From the NCBI GenBank assembly GCA_965649295.1, contig CBFGKH010000007.1:1-56783 (forward strand): 56,783 nt of DNA. Direction: 5' to 3'. Every line of letters starts with the position of its first letter. Within the stretch, counting starts at the first letter, position 1. The notes beneath the pieces are model-generated. The model saw only the letters and a program-made list of their open reading frames with translations, did no database searches and was not told where the DNA came from. A program made the translations under genes and the position numbers. Of the stretch, positions 1-9,416 are shown piece after piece. This stretch comes from a candidate division WOR-3 bacterium (lineage in GTDB: Bacteria > Hydrothermota > Tepidihabitantia > Tepidihabitantales > Tepidihabitantaceae).

Positions 1-2
1 AC

Positions 3-2291
3 TTCACGCCGATGATGACGGTGTTTGCGGTGCTGGTGTTTGCGCTGGTTGTGGATCGGGAGTCGATAATCCAGCTACGCATATTTGAGCTTTTTGCCGC
101 CTATCTGGTCGTTCTCACCGGCACTGAGATGGGATTATCGGCAGGGATGTTCATTGTCGTTGCTTTGATGATTGGTGCGACCTGGTTTGCAGTACGGCTG
201 CTGGAGCGGGCCGACCATTGGTGGAAGGTGCTGGTTGCACTTGGAGTCTATGGGATGGTATTCGTTATTGGCTACGCGGCGGCTGGCAACAAGATAATGG
301 ACGACACGGTGCTGTTTCTTGCGTCGCCGACAGTTGCGTTTATTGAACGCTGGGTACAGTCCAAGGTCTGGTTCGTCATCCTTGTCATCGGCTATGCAGC
401 CTACCTCTATTGGCTGCATAGCCGGGGCCGACTCATTTTGCGTTATGTCGGACTGATGCTGGGGCTGGTGCTGCTGGCGAGCACAGTTCAATTCATTCTG
501 CCGGTCCGAGCGGCGAACAATCCTTCAATCAATGAGGTCAATCCATCAGGCTGGCGCGATTTCGTGTCGGTGCTGAAACGTGAGCAGTACGACCCGATGA
601 AACTGCTGCCGCGCAAGACCCAGTTTCTGACTGAGAGTGACTGGCGCAACAATGAGAACCCGCGCTTTGGTGTCCTCCAGGCATACTTCGAGCAGGTGAA
701 GTTTTATGTTCGCTACTTTTTCTGGCAATGGGGCAACGAGCGATTCTTTGATATCTTCCTTGGAGTGAAGTGGCAAGCAGTACTCGGGCTGGTGGCGCCG
801 CTACTGGGTCTTTGGGGCATTTGGCACCAGTTTCGCAAGGAGAAACGCTCAACAGTGCTCATTCTTGTTGCTTTCCTTGTTGCTTCGATTGGTCTCGTCA
901 CTTACTTGAACCTGAAGTATTCGCCTTCGGACCCCCGACGGGGAGACCCTGCCAAAGGACAGCTTGGATTCTTGGAAGTCCGCGAACGAGACTACTTCTT
1001 TGCCTTTTCGTTTGTCTTCTACACGGTTTTCGTTGGGGTGGGCGCGTATGTGTTTCTGCGGTCGGTGGCTGACTGGCTGCGCGACCGGAAGCTGCCGACC
1101 TATCTTGTCTCGGGTGCGCTGGTGGCGTTTGGCTTTGTGCCTATGTGGCTGAACCATCATGGTGTTACCCGGCGCCATAACTGGATACCAGCTGAATATG
1201 GCTACAATATGCTTATCTCTTGTCCCGGTGATAAAACGGTGATCTTTACTAATGGCGACAATGATACCTTTCCGCTTTGGTTCATGCAGACTGTCCCCTC
1301 TTGGATTGCCGGGTACGATCCGAGCTTCGGCAAGAACGTGGCGGTTGCCAACCTCGCATTGCTTAACACCAACTGGTTTGCCAAGCAGTTGCGACAGTGG
1401 GGTGCACCGATTTCGTTCACGGTGGAAGAAATAGAGCATCTACCCCAAGGCTTCGTCGGCGAGGATAGTCGGATTGTTCAGCTCAAAGATATTCTGATTC
1501 GTGACATCATCGCGACTGCCGGTGGTATCACACTTGACTGGCCGGATGACTACGGTTGTTCGACCGCAAAGTTTCGCAAGAAGGTTTTAGGGCCGGGTTA
1601 CCGGCCGCGCGTGCCGGTCTATTTCGCGACCACTGTCGCCCGTGAGAACCTGCGTGACGTCGAGCCTTATTTGCGATTGGAGGGCCTGGTTAATCGCGTC
1701 GTGCCGGATTCGGGGGAGAATCAGGTGGATCTTGAGCGGACAAGGGAGCTGCTGTTCGATCTCTACAAAATGAATTCGATGACCGACCCACGAGTGGTCA
1801 AGGATGACAATACCCGGGGGCTGCTTATCAACTATGCTGCTAGCTACCTGGCGTTAGCCAGTGAATACGACCGGCGAGGCCAGTATTCTGAAGCCTTGAG
1901 CGTACTGGAACGGGCGCTGAGATTTGAACTAGAGAGTAACCGCAAGGTTCCGCTGTTCTATCATGCGTCGGTTTTTGCGATGTTCTGCGAGGACTATGGT
2001 AAGGCGCTTGCCTACTTGGACTCAATCCAGGCCTTTGGCATTACCGATCCCGAGCTTTCGTTGCGGCGCGGCTATGCCTATCAGGGGAAAGGTGACTATG
2101 CCCGGGCCGAAGCCGAATACCGAATGGCGATTGCCGGTGATCCGAATCGGCCCGAACCGGTCTTGGCATTGTACCGAATGTATCTCGATGAGCTGCGTGA
2201 TACCGCGCGGGCTCGGGCTGTGCTCGAGGAGTGGTTGCGGCGGGCGCCTGGTGACTCTACGGCTAGACGGATGCTGCGGCAGATATCGTAG
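3..2291 (+). CDS. DUF2723 family polytopic membrane protein (TMEM260-like putative glycosyltransferase) with C-terminal TPRs; 5'-truncated by the window
   Basis: Many TM helices. Motifs LKREQY, EVRERDYFF and FTNGDNDTFPLW are typical of DUF2723 proteins. TPR-like helices at the C-terminus. The frame is open from the window edge. Confidence 0.8.
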   Translation, partial: FTPMMTVFAVLVFALVVDRESIIQLRIFELFAAYLVVLTGTEMGLSAGMFIVVALMIGATWFAVRLLERADHWWKVLVALGVYGMVFVIGYAAAGNKIMDDTVLFLASPTVAFIERWVQSKVWFVILVIGYAAYLYWLHSRGRLILRYVGLMLGLVLLASTVQFILPVRAANNPSINEVNPSGWRDFVSVLKREQYDPMKLLPRKTQFLTESDWRNNENPRFGVLQAYFEQVKFYVRYFFWQWGNERFFDIFLGVKWQAVLGLVAPLLGLWGIWHQFRKEKRSTVLILVAFLVASIGLVTYLNLKYSPSDPRRGDPAKGQLGFLEVRERDYFFAFSFVFYTVFVGVGAYVFLRSVADWLRDRKLPTYLVSGALVAFGFVPMWLNHHGVTRRHNWIPAEYGYNMLISCPGDKTVIFTNGDNDTFPLWFMQTVPSWIAGYDPSFGKNVAVANLALLNTNWFAKQLRQWGAPISFTVEEIEHLPQGFVGEDSRIVQLKDILIRDIIATAGGITLDWPDDYGCSTAKFRKKVLGPGYRPRVPVYFATTVARENLRDVEPYLRLEGLVNRVVPDSGENQVDLERTRELLFDLYKMNSMTDPRVVKDDNTRGLLINYAASYLALASEYDRRGQYSEALSVLERALRFELESNRKVPLFYHASVFAMFCEDYGKALAYLDSIQAFGITDPELSLRRGYAYQGKGDYARAEAEYRMAIAGDPNRPEPVLALYRMYLDELRDTARARAVLEEWLRRAPGDSTARRMLRQIS

Positions 2292-2305
2292 CCCGGCTTG
2301 GTAGA

Positions 2306-2635
2306 ATGCACGAGGCGGCAATCACCCGACAAATGCTCGCTATTGTGCTTGAGGCCGCGTCGCAGCAGGGGGCAGGGCGCATCCGTAGGATAAACTTGGT
2401 AGTTGGTGCTCAGTCCGGTATAGTACCAGGCTGCGTTGAGCAGTATTTTAGTTGGCTCAAGGTCGGCACACCGGCAGAGAACGCTGAATTGTCATTCGTG
2501 ACTGCTGAGTTACGTATCCGCTGCCCGAGATGCGGAGCAGAGTTCGGTTCAATCGAAGAGATGTGTGGCTGCAACGCCGGGGGCGAGATTGTTGCCGGTC
2601 AGGAAATGACTGTTCAAAGTATTGAAGTGGACTAG
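2306..2635 (+). CDS. hypA: Hydrogenase maturation nickel metallochaperone HypA
   Basis: N-terminal MHE, GAQSGIVP, CPRC...CGC and C-terminal IVAGQEMTVQSIEV. Confidence 0.9.
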   Translation: MHEAAITRQMLAIVLEAASQQGAGRIRRINLVVGAQSGIVPGCVEQYFSWLKVGTPAENAELSFVTAELRIRCPRCGAEFGSIEEMCGCNAGGEIVAGQEMTVQSIEVD

Positions 2636-2689
2636 TCGGAACTTGACCAAGAAGCGACAGCGGATAGGAAACTGGTGGCTAGCGGTTAA

Positions 2690-2971
2690 CTAGTCTGGCG
2701 TTGTCTCATCAGGTTCTTCTTCATCGAGATACTTACCTGCAGGTTTGCGACAGGCCAATTCGCGGAGGTATTCTTCAATCGAGCTAATTCGGTCGTCGAG
2801 CTTGGCAGTCTTGGCCGCGAAAATTAGTGGCACTGCCAGCATGTAGGTAATAACACCGGCAAGCAGGACAACAATACTCTGACGCAGCGACCCAACGAAG
2901 AGAACAACCAGACTTGCTAGCCCGAAAAAAGCACCGACCAACAGGTAGATGAGCGCACGACGGTTTCTCAT
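2690..2971 (-). CDS. Hypothetical 93-aa membrane protein (two TM helices, short coiled segment, acidic tail)
   Basis: ATG at 2971 follows AAGAGG and has its own upstream promoter. The upstream extension in the ORF track crosses that promoter and is unlikely. Confidence 0.65.
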   Translation of the reverse strand: MRNRRALIYLLVGAFFGLASLVVLFVGSLRQSIVVLLAGVITYMLAVPLIFAAKTAKLDDRISSIEEYLRELACRKPAGKYLDEEEPDETTPD

Positions 2972-3018
2972 GTTGCCGTTCCTCTTGGTGGTCTTGGTAG
3001 TTTCACCAAGTAAAAACC

Positions 3019-3046
3019 AGCTTAGGCCAGTGACTGACGATGTCAA
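3019..3046 (-). promoter_or_regulatory. Sigma70-type promoter for the 93-aa membrane protein gene
   Basis: TTGACA-N16-TAAGCT on the minus strand. Confidence 0.55.
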
Positions 3047-3199
3047 ATCGCTGCAATGCCGCAAGTGCCAACTGGACACTAGACGGTTGATTGGCGAGGA
3101 GTTTGGTGACGCGGACACCTGCTGGTGTAGAGAAGATGAAGAGTGCCAAGGTAGCGGGAAACTGTGGGAGTGGTTCGGTGTTTTGAAATACCGATGGGC

Positions 3200-3227
3200 T
3201 TGACAAAGAGTCGGTGGAGAACATAAT
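3200..3227 (+). promoter_or_regulatory. Sigma70-type promoter for the 68-aa protein gene
   Basis: TTGACA-N16-CATAAT. Confidence 0.6.
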
Positions 3228-3294
3228 CCTAGGGCTGCAGCCAGGGCACGGGTTGCTCGCTGTACAGCAGACTCGCTGTTGAAAGGAGTGTGCC

Positions 3295-3501
3295 ATGCCT
3301 TTCGATGTCTATCTGGATTCAGAGAAGCGGCCGGTGGTCTCAATTGATGCCGATCGGGTGGAGAAGAAGGAAGGGTGCTTCCGTTTTTATAACGGTAGCG
3401 ACGAGGTGGCGATGTTCAAGGATGAACGTGTCTTTGGTTACATCAAGCTTACACCGGCGGAGGCTAATCTGACCGGGCCACTTGGGCCGACCGCGCGGTA
3501 G
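3295..3501 (+). CDS. Hypothetical 68-aa beta-rich protein
   Basis: Strong SD (AAAGGAG) before the ATG, an upstream promoter, a downstream hairpin and protein-like composition. Confidence 0.7.
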   Translation: MPFDVYLDSEKRPVVSIDADRVEKKEGCFRFYNGSDEVAMFKDERVFGYIKLTPAEANLTGPLGPTAR

Positions 3502-3512
3502 TTGCGATTTCT

Positions 3513-3549
3513 CAACACCGGCACAGGTTCTATACCTGCGCCGGCGTTG
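3513..3549. terminator. Stem-loop between convergent genes
   Basis: CAACACCGGCACAGGT-N5-ACCTGCGCCGGCGTTG. The two mismatches become G-U pairs on the minus-strand (ffh) transcript. Confidence 0.6.
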
Positions 3550-3594
3550 TCTTGCAGTAGGAGTATGGAGTTGGCGGTGAGGCGCCGGTCTGGA

Positions 3595-4884
3595 CTAGCG
3601 GGGGCGTCGGAACTGGGGTAGGCGACCAGACCTGAGCTGACGAGCCATCTGCCGTGCCTGCTCAAACTCTCTGAGAAGACGGTTCACGTCGGTTACAGTT
3701 GTGCCGGAGCCGGCAGCGATGCGGCGGCGGCGAGAGCCGTCAATGATATCCGGATTCTGGCGCTCAGCCGGCGTCATTGATTGGATTATAGCTTCGATGC
3801 GAATGAACTCAGTCTCGTCAACATCAATGCCCTGGGCGCCGGGTATCATCGTTATCAGCTTGGTAAGCGAGCCCATTTTCTTGATTGATTTGAGCTGGTT
3901 GAGGAAATCGTTGAAGTCGAACTTCCCCTGAAGGAACTTCTCGGCAACTGCTCTTTGTTGCTCGGGAGTGGTGGCGGCTTGAACTTTGTCAGCGAGACTT
4001 TGAATGTCACCCATGCCGAGGATACGAGAAGCGATGCGGTCGGGGTGGAATTCCTCAAGGTCATCAAGATGCTCACCAGTGCCGATAAAGAAGATCGGCA
4101 GGCCGGTGACATGGCTGACTGACATGACTGCCCCGCCGCGGGCGTCGCCGTCGAGCTTGGTGAAGCAGCAGCCGGTGATCTTCAACCGTTCGTGGAATTG
4201 CTGAGCCTGGTTAACCGCGTCCTGGCCGACCATGCCGTCGAGCACAAGTAGGGTTGTCGTCGGCTTGGCTTGTTGTTCGATGTTCGTGAGCTCGTCCATC
4301 AACTCGTCGTCAATATGGAGCCGACCGGCAGTGTCGAAGATGACGACACCGTTACCGCGCGTTTTAGCCTGGGTCAGTGCGGTGAGGCAAGTTGCAACAA
4401 CATCGGCACCGACCGGATAGAAGTCAACGCCGGCCCGCTCAGCAACATAACGAAGTTGTTCGGCTGCGGCCGGTCGTTTAGGGTCGCAGGCGACGAGAAG
4501 TGGACGCCGTGTCTTCAGCCGATACGCCAGTTTGCCAGCGAAGGTGGTTTTGCCGGTGCCCTGCAGACCGACTAGGCTGATAACAGATGGTTGCGCGGAC
4601 AAGTCAAGACGGCGCACCTTGCCACCTAGGAGAGTGGTGAGTTCTTGAAAGAGTGTGTAGTTGATGAGTTCGCCAGGCTTGAGCGCAGCGGTGAGGTTCT
4701 TCTCCTTGAGCTTGGATTCGACTGTTCGAACAAAGTGGCCGACGACCTTATAGTTGACGTCGGCTTCGAGCAGGATAGTACGAACCTCGCGAAGCGCCTG
4801 GGCGACCTCGCGGTCGCTCAGGCGGCCATAGCCGCGTAACTTGCGGCCAAAGGCAGTGAGCTTGTCGGTCAGGATATCGAACAT
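3595..4884 (-). CDS. ffh: Signal recognition particle protein Ffh
   Basis: LLEADVN, GLQGTGKTT, DTAGR, TKLDGDARGG and M-domain SMT...SRRRRIAAGSG. Confidence 0.97.
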   Translation of the reverse strand: MFDILTDKLTAFGRKLRGYGRLSDREVAQALREVRTILLEADVNYKVVGHFVRTVESKLKEKNLTAALKPGELINYTLFQELTTLLGGKVRRLDLSAQPSVISLVGLQGTGKTTFAGKLAYRLKTRRPLLVACDPKRPAAAEQLRYVAERAGVDFYPVGADVVATCLTALTQAKTRGNGVVIFDTAGRLHIDDELMDELTNIEQQAKPTTTLLVLDGMVGQDAVNQAQQFHERLKITGCCFTKLDGDARGGAVMSVSHVTGLPIFFIGTGEHLDDLEEFHPDRIASRILGMGDIQSLADKVQAATTPEQQRAVAEKFLQGKFDFNDFLNQLKSIKKMGSLTKLITMIPGAQGIDVDETEFIRIEAIIQSMTPAERQNPDIIDGSRRRRIAAGSGTTVTDVNRLLREFEQARQMARQLRSGRLPQFRRPR

Positions 4885-5516
4885 CGCAGGGCACGAATGA
4901 TAGCTGAGTAGTCGGTGCTGCGAAAGATTGCACTGCCTGCAATAATAGTATCGGCACCAGCGGTCGTAACTAGTGCGCAGTTGGCCGGGTTGATGCCGCC
5001 ATCAACCGAGATGGTCGCGGTGAAACTACTAGCATCCAGTAGTCGGCGCAGTTCGCGGATACGATCGAGTGCCTCAGGCATAAACTCTTGTCCGCCAAGT
5101 CCGGGGAAGACGCTCATGACGAGTATGTCGTCAACCTGGCCTAGAAACGGCTCAAGAGTGGCGAGTGGTGAGTTGGGGTTGAGTGAGAGACCGACCTGGC
5201 AACCGGCTGAGCGGATTGTTTCGATGCACTGGGTTGGGTTCTCGGTTGCCTCAATGTGAAAACTAATCAGGTCCGAACAGGGTATGAACTTCTCAATCAG
5301 CCACTCGGGCTCGACGACCATCAGATGGGTATGAATCGGTAGTTTCACCGCGCTGCGGATGGCCCGGGCTAACGGTACACCGAAGCTAAGGTTGGGAACA
5401 AAGTGACCATCCATTACATCGAGATGGATGAAGTCGGCGCCGGCGGCAATTATCCGTTCCAGCTCGTCGCCCAGCCGTAGCCAGTCGCAATCGAGAATTG
5501 AGACAGCAACCTTCAT
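4869..5516 (-). CDS. rpe: Ribulose-phosphate 3-epimerase
   Basis: HLDVMDGHFVPNLSFG, HLMV, MSVFPGLGGQ and VDGGI. Confidence 0.96.
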   Translation of the reverse strand: MKVAVSILDCDWLRLGDELERIIAAGADFIHLDVMDGHFVPNLSFGVPLARAIRSAVKLPIHTHLMVVEPEWLIEKFIPCSDLISFHIEATENPTQCIETIRSAGCQVGLSLNPNSPLATLEPFLGQVDDILVMSVFPGLGGQEFMPEALDRIRELRRLLDASSFTATISVDGGINPANCALVTTAGADTIIAGSAIFRSTDYSAIIRALRCSIS

Positions 5517-6262
5517 CAGCGGCGGTGCCCCCTGGCGACGATTAGTGCCACGGTGTCGCCATCGCGGACGAACATGCCTTCCTCAGGGTACTGGATAAGT
5601 ACGGTGTTGACGGGTTCGTCGCTTTCGGCCTCGCGGACATCGCCGATCACTAGGCCCTGTTGAGTTATGATGCTGATTGCAGTCGGTGCCGGCAGTCCTA
5701 CGAGATTGGGCATAGGAAAGTTGCCAGTGCGGCAGGCAACCTGGATATGGACCTGGTCGCCCTGGTTAGCGTCGGTGCCGGCTGGTGGTCGTGTTGCCAC
5801 AACCTGACCGACTGGTCGTTCAGGCAGCCGCAGGGACTCAACACCGGCAACCACCAATCCAGCCTCGACTAGCAAGGCAGTAGCACGGCTAAGGGTTAGG
5901 CCTTCCGTGTGGGGTACTTTGATTCGACCTGGGCCGGTACTGATGTCGAGGCGGACGCGGCGGCCAACCTTGACACGCTGGCCCGGATTTGGGTATTGAG
6001 CGATGACATGGTCAGGTTTGACGGTTGAGTTCGCGAAACTCGTCACCTCGCCTAGTTCAAGCCGAGCGGCAACGAGTATTGATTCAGCGGTGAAGCGGTC
6101 GAGGCCGATAACGTTGGGAACGGTGGTCTCGCGGCCTAGGCCAACGATAAGTGGCATCACAACCCAGTTAAAGAGCGCCAACATTCCGCTAAACACCAAG
6201 AGTAGAAACAATAGGGTAAGCACGGCTGAGCAGCGGCGGTGGCGACGGCGTAGTCGGCTCAT
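5516..6262 (-). CDS. Membrane-anchored protein with three PASTA domains (no kinase domain)
   Basis: TM helix followed by VPNVIG, VPHTEG and MPNLVG repeats with V(I/L)xQYP motifs. The ATG at 6262 overlaps the fmt stop. Confidence 0.85.
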   Translation of the reverse strand: MSRLRRRHRRCSAVLTLLFLLLVFSGMLALFNWVVMPLIVGLGRETTVPNVIGLDRFTAESILVAARLELGEVTSFANSTVKPDHVIAQYPNPGQRVKVGRRVRLDISTGPGRIKVPHTEGLTLSRATALLVEAGLVVAGVESLRLPERPVGQVVATRPPAGTDANQGDQVHIQVACRTGNFPMPNLVGLPAPTAISIITQQGLVIGDVREAESDEPVNTVLIQYPEEGMFVRDGDTVALIVARGHRR

Positions 6263-7182
6263 CTGCCTAACCTTTCGTTTGTCAACAACCGCTGGCCGTT
6301 GGCAAATGCCCAGCCAGATTGAACTCGCCCGCCGGCAGGACACACTTCAATTAGCTCGAGCAATCCGGCACTAGTGCCAGCCAGCAGCCGGCCGTTCGAC
6401 TTTTGTAGCTCGCCGGGTTGACTAGAACCGGGCCAGACCCGCGAGCGCAAAATCAGTAGCTGGCCGCCGCGGAATAAGGTAGTTGCCCCTGGTTCGGGAG
6501 AGAGTGCTCGCACCTGATTGTGAATAACCGTGGCAGGGAGCGACCAGTCAATCAGACGTTCGTGCTTGGCGAGTTTGGGGGCACAGGTGGCTTGGGAAGG
6601 GTCCTGCGGCCGACGTTCAATTGTGCCGTCGGCGAGACGTTTGAGTGAGTCAACCATGAGGTCTGCGCCGATTGTGGCCAAGCGGTCGGTAAGTTGACCG
6701 GCGGTTTCATCAGGATCAATGGGTACTCGCGTCTGGGCGATTATGTCGCCGGCATCAACACTACGGTTCATAACGATTATTGTTACGCCGGTTTCATGGT
6801 CACCGTTCATGAGCGCTCGTTGGATCGGTGCGGCACCACGGTAAGCAGGCAGGAGTGAGGGATGGATATTGAGAAAACCGAACCGAGGCAGCGCCAACAT
6901 TGGCTCGTGCAGGATACAACCATACGCAGCGAGGACACCGACATCAGGCCCAAGCCGTGCAAGGGATTGCAGTAAGGATGGTTCGTTCGGGTTGGTCGGC
7001 AGGAACACCGGCAGGCCAAGCTTGTCGGCCTGCTGTTGAACTGGGCTTGGCAAGAGCCGACGGCCGCGGCCACTCGGTCGGGGCGGGGCAGTGACGACAG
7101 CGGTGACTTCGTGACCGGCGTTCGTCAGCGCGACAAGTGCCGGCACGGCAAAGGTCGAGGTGCCCATAAAGATTAGGCGCAA
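6259..7182 (-). CDS. fmt: Methionyl-tRNA formyltransferase
   Basis: IFMGTS, NIHPSLLPAYRGAAPIQRAL and DAGDII. Confidence 0.96.
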   Translation of the reverse strand: MRLIFMGTSTFAVPALVALTNAGHEVTAVVTAPPRPSGRGRRLLPSPVQQQADKLGLPVFLPTNPNEPSLLQSLARLGPDVGVLAAYGCILHEPMLALPRFGFLNIHPSLLPAYRGAAPIQRALMNGDHETGVTIIVMNRSVDAGDIIAQTRVPIDPDETAGQLTDRLATIGADLMVDSLKRLADGTIERRPQDPSQATCAPKLAKHERLIDWSLPATVIHNQVRALSPEPGATTLFRGGQLLILRSRVWPGSSQPGELQKSNGRLLAGTSAGLLELIEVCPAGGRVQSGWAFANGQRLLTNERLGR

Positions 7183-7706
7183 TCCTGCTCCCGGGCTGCC
7201 AGCTGTTGCAGACGCGAGTTGACCATTAGTTGTCGGGTAGGACTGAGATGGTCAATAAAAAGTACACCGTTGAGATGGTCCAGTTCGTGCAGGAGAACAC
7301 GTGCTAACAGTCCTGAGGCTTCGACGGTTACCTCCCGTCCGTTCTCGTCAATGCCTCGGACGCGTACGTGCTCGGGCCGCGCCAGTATGTCGTACAAACC
7401 GGGAAGCGACAGGCAGCCTTCTTCGCGCTCGATGCGACCTTCGGCGCCAATAAGCTGCGGGTTGCACAGGCAGTAGGGTGCCGCGTCAACATCGGCTCCC
7501 GGCGGGTTGACGGCAAAGCACTGGACGGTTTCGGCAATCTGGTTGGCGGCCAGACCCAGACCATCGGCAGCCAGCATTGAGGCCTTGAGGTCGGCGAATA
7601 GGCGACGGATGTCAGCAGTGATTGCCCGGATCGGCCGGGCTTTGGTTCGCAGGGCCGGGTTGCCGTAGAGCACGACCCGGCGGCTGGTGCCGACGGGTTC
7701 AATCAC
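7173..7706 (-). CDS. def: Peptide deformylase
   Basis: GLGLAANQI, EGCLSLP and HELDHLNG. Confidence 0.96.
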   Translation of the reverse strand: MIEPVGTSRRVVLYGNPALRTKARPIRAITADIRRLFADLKASMLAADGLGLAANQIAETVQCFAVNPPGADVDAAPYCLCNPQLIGAEGRIEREEGCLSLPGLYDILARPEHVRVRGIDENGREVTVEASGLLARVLLHELDHLNGVLFIDHLSPTRQLMVNSRLQQLAAREQDCA

Positions 7707-7708
7707 GA

Positions 7709-8059
7709 CTACTGTTCAGCGCCGAACTTGAAGCTAACAGCAGCTTTGTCAGCTTCAATTTCAGTGTTCTCAGCGATTTTGATTAGAAATGTATGCTCGC
7801 GGACGTTGGTGACGATGCCGTGAATTCCCGATGAGAGTACGACCCGGTCACCACGCTTGATTGCGGCGAGCATCTGCTGATGCTTCTTCTGGCGCCGCTG
7901 TTGTGGTAGAATCATCAGGAAGTAGAGCACGGCAAAGATAAGAACGATCGGCAAGAAGCCAAGCAGTGAGCCAAGTGGACCGCCGGTGGCAGGAGTTGCC
8001 GGTGTCCCGGGCGTTGAGCCGCTACTGGTCGGGGTCTGGCCAAATGCTAGTCCAAACAT
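7709..8059 (-). CDS. yajC: Preprotein translocase subunit YajC
   Basis: YFLMILPQQRRQK and GDRVVLSSGIHG; SD AAGGAG. Confidence 0.93.
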   Translation of the reverse strand: MFGLAFGQTPTSSGSTPGTPATPATGGPLGSLLGFLPIVLIFAVLYFLMILPQQRRQKKHQQMLAAIKRGDRVVLSSGIHGIVTNVREHTFLIKIAENTEIEADKAAVSFKFGAEQ

Positions 8060-8078
8060 GGTTCTCCTTTGATATCGG

Positions 8079-8660
8079 CTAACTGGAATAGAGCCGGTGT
8101 TGGCGAATGTAGCTCAAGACCGGCGTTGGTAAGGTATAGCGCACTGAGCTGCCTTTGGCAAGTCTTGCTCGAATCAGTGCTGAGGACAGCAGAACCGGTG
8201 GAACCGCTAGGAATCTGACTCGACGTGGATTGTGGCCAGCAAACAGTGGCGGCGATGTGACACCGGGACGTTCCATCACTACAAGGTGGGCAAACATCGT
8301 AAGTTTGGCAGGGTCGTGCCAGCTTGCCATGGTCTGGTACTGGTCGCTGCCCAGCAGAAAGTAGCGCCTCGCGGCAGGATATTGTGTCCGCAGAACACGC
8401 AATGTGTCAATGGTGTAGGAGGGAGGAGCTAGTCGCGATTCGATGTCAGAACAGACAAAATGTGGTTCAGCAGCAATTGCTAGTCTGACCATTTGTAGTC
8501 GATGAACGAAGGAAGCAAGCTGGCGGCACTTGTGCGGTGGTTGGAAGGATGGGACGAAAAGTACGCGGTCGAGACGAAGCTGTCGCAAAGCAGCGCCAGC
8601 GATGACCAGGTGACCGAGGTGTATCGGATTAAACGAACCGCCGAGGATTCCCAAACGCAC
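8079..8660 (-). CDS. nadD: Nicotinate-nucleotide adenylyltransferase
   Basis: GGSFNPIHLGH, PPHK, SYTIDTL, LLGSD and SSALIR. Confidence 0.95.
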   Translation of the reverse strand: MRLGILGGSFNPIHLGHLVIAGAALRQLRLDRVLFVPSFQPPHKCRQLASFVHRLQMVRLAIAAEPHFVCSDIESRLAPPSYTIDTLRVLRTQYPAARRYFLLGSDQYQTMASWHDPAKLTMFAHLVVMERPGVTSPPLFAGHNPRRVRFLAVPPVLLSSALIRARLAKGSSVRYTLPTPVLSYIRQHRLYSS

Positions 8661-8666
8661 GGTTGC

Positions 8667-9416
8667 TTAAGGCAGTCGGCTGCGGCGGACGCGGGCTTGT
8701 TGCTTGATGTCGTCCGCCCAGGTGCCGTTGATGATATCATCAAAAAGACGTCGGGCATCGTCAGTCCGTCCGGTCTCAGCTAGACAGATGCCCAGTCTGA
8801 GTAGGTCGGCACCATCCCAACGCGCCAACGGATGCTCGTTGCGAACGTATTCGTAGTAGACCAAGGCGGATCGGTATTCACCGGCTTTGAAGTAAAGTCG
8901 GGCAGCGGCCAGTTCCTTTTCTGCAAGACGTAGGTCAATCTCGGCACCAAGCGACTCGGCTTGGGCTCGGAAACGGGACTGGGGATACTCTTCGAGAAAC
9001 TCGTTCAGTAATTCCTGAGCACGCAGAGCCCGTGACTGGTCACGTGAGGATGGCGGTGCGGACCGTAAGTAGGCAATGGCCAGTCGTAGAGCCGCTTCTT
9101 CTTGGAAGCGGCCGTTGGGAAAGTTCTTTTTGTAGAACTCAAACTCGGCTTGCGCCTGAGTGTAGTCGCCGGCCAGCAGATAGCTCTCGGCTAAGTAGTA
9201 TTGAGCATCGGCCGCGTGCTGGCTGCCGGGATAGTTGAAGATGATGAACGTTAGGACCTCTTGAGCATGTTTGAAGCGGCGTGCAGCAATGTCGGCAAGG
9301 GCCTGTTCGATACCAGAGTTGGCATCAGGCGGCTGGTAAGGTTTGACCTGCCCGCGACGCGGACAGCCAGCGAGCATGACGAGTAATAGAATCAGCAGGC
9401 AGCGGCGGCGGTTCAA
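8667..9416 (-). CDS. bamD: Outer membrane assembly lipoprotein BamD
   Basis: Lipobox LAGC, TPR helices, YPGS, RDQS and LAEKELAAARLY. Confidence 0.88.
   Translation of the reverse strand: MNRRRCLLILLLVMLAGCPRRGQVKPYQPPDANSGIEQALADIAARRFKHAQEVLTFIIFNYPGSQHAADAQYYLAESYLLAGDYTQAQAEFEFYKKNFPNGRFQEEAALRLAIAYLRSAPPSSRDQSRALRAQELLNEFLEEYPQSRFRAQAESLGAEIDLRLAEKELAAARLYFKAGEYRSALVYYEYVRNEHPLARWDGADLLRLGICLAETGRTDDARRLFDDIINGTWADDIKQQARVRRSRLP

Noticed and set aside
2302..2308. TAGAAT directly before hypA as a leaderless promoter
   Set aside because: The hexamer overlaps the ATG itself, so the geometry cannot give a transcript starting at that codon.
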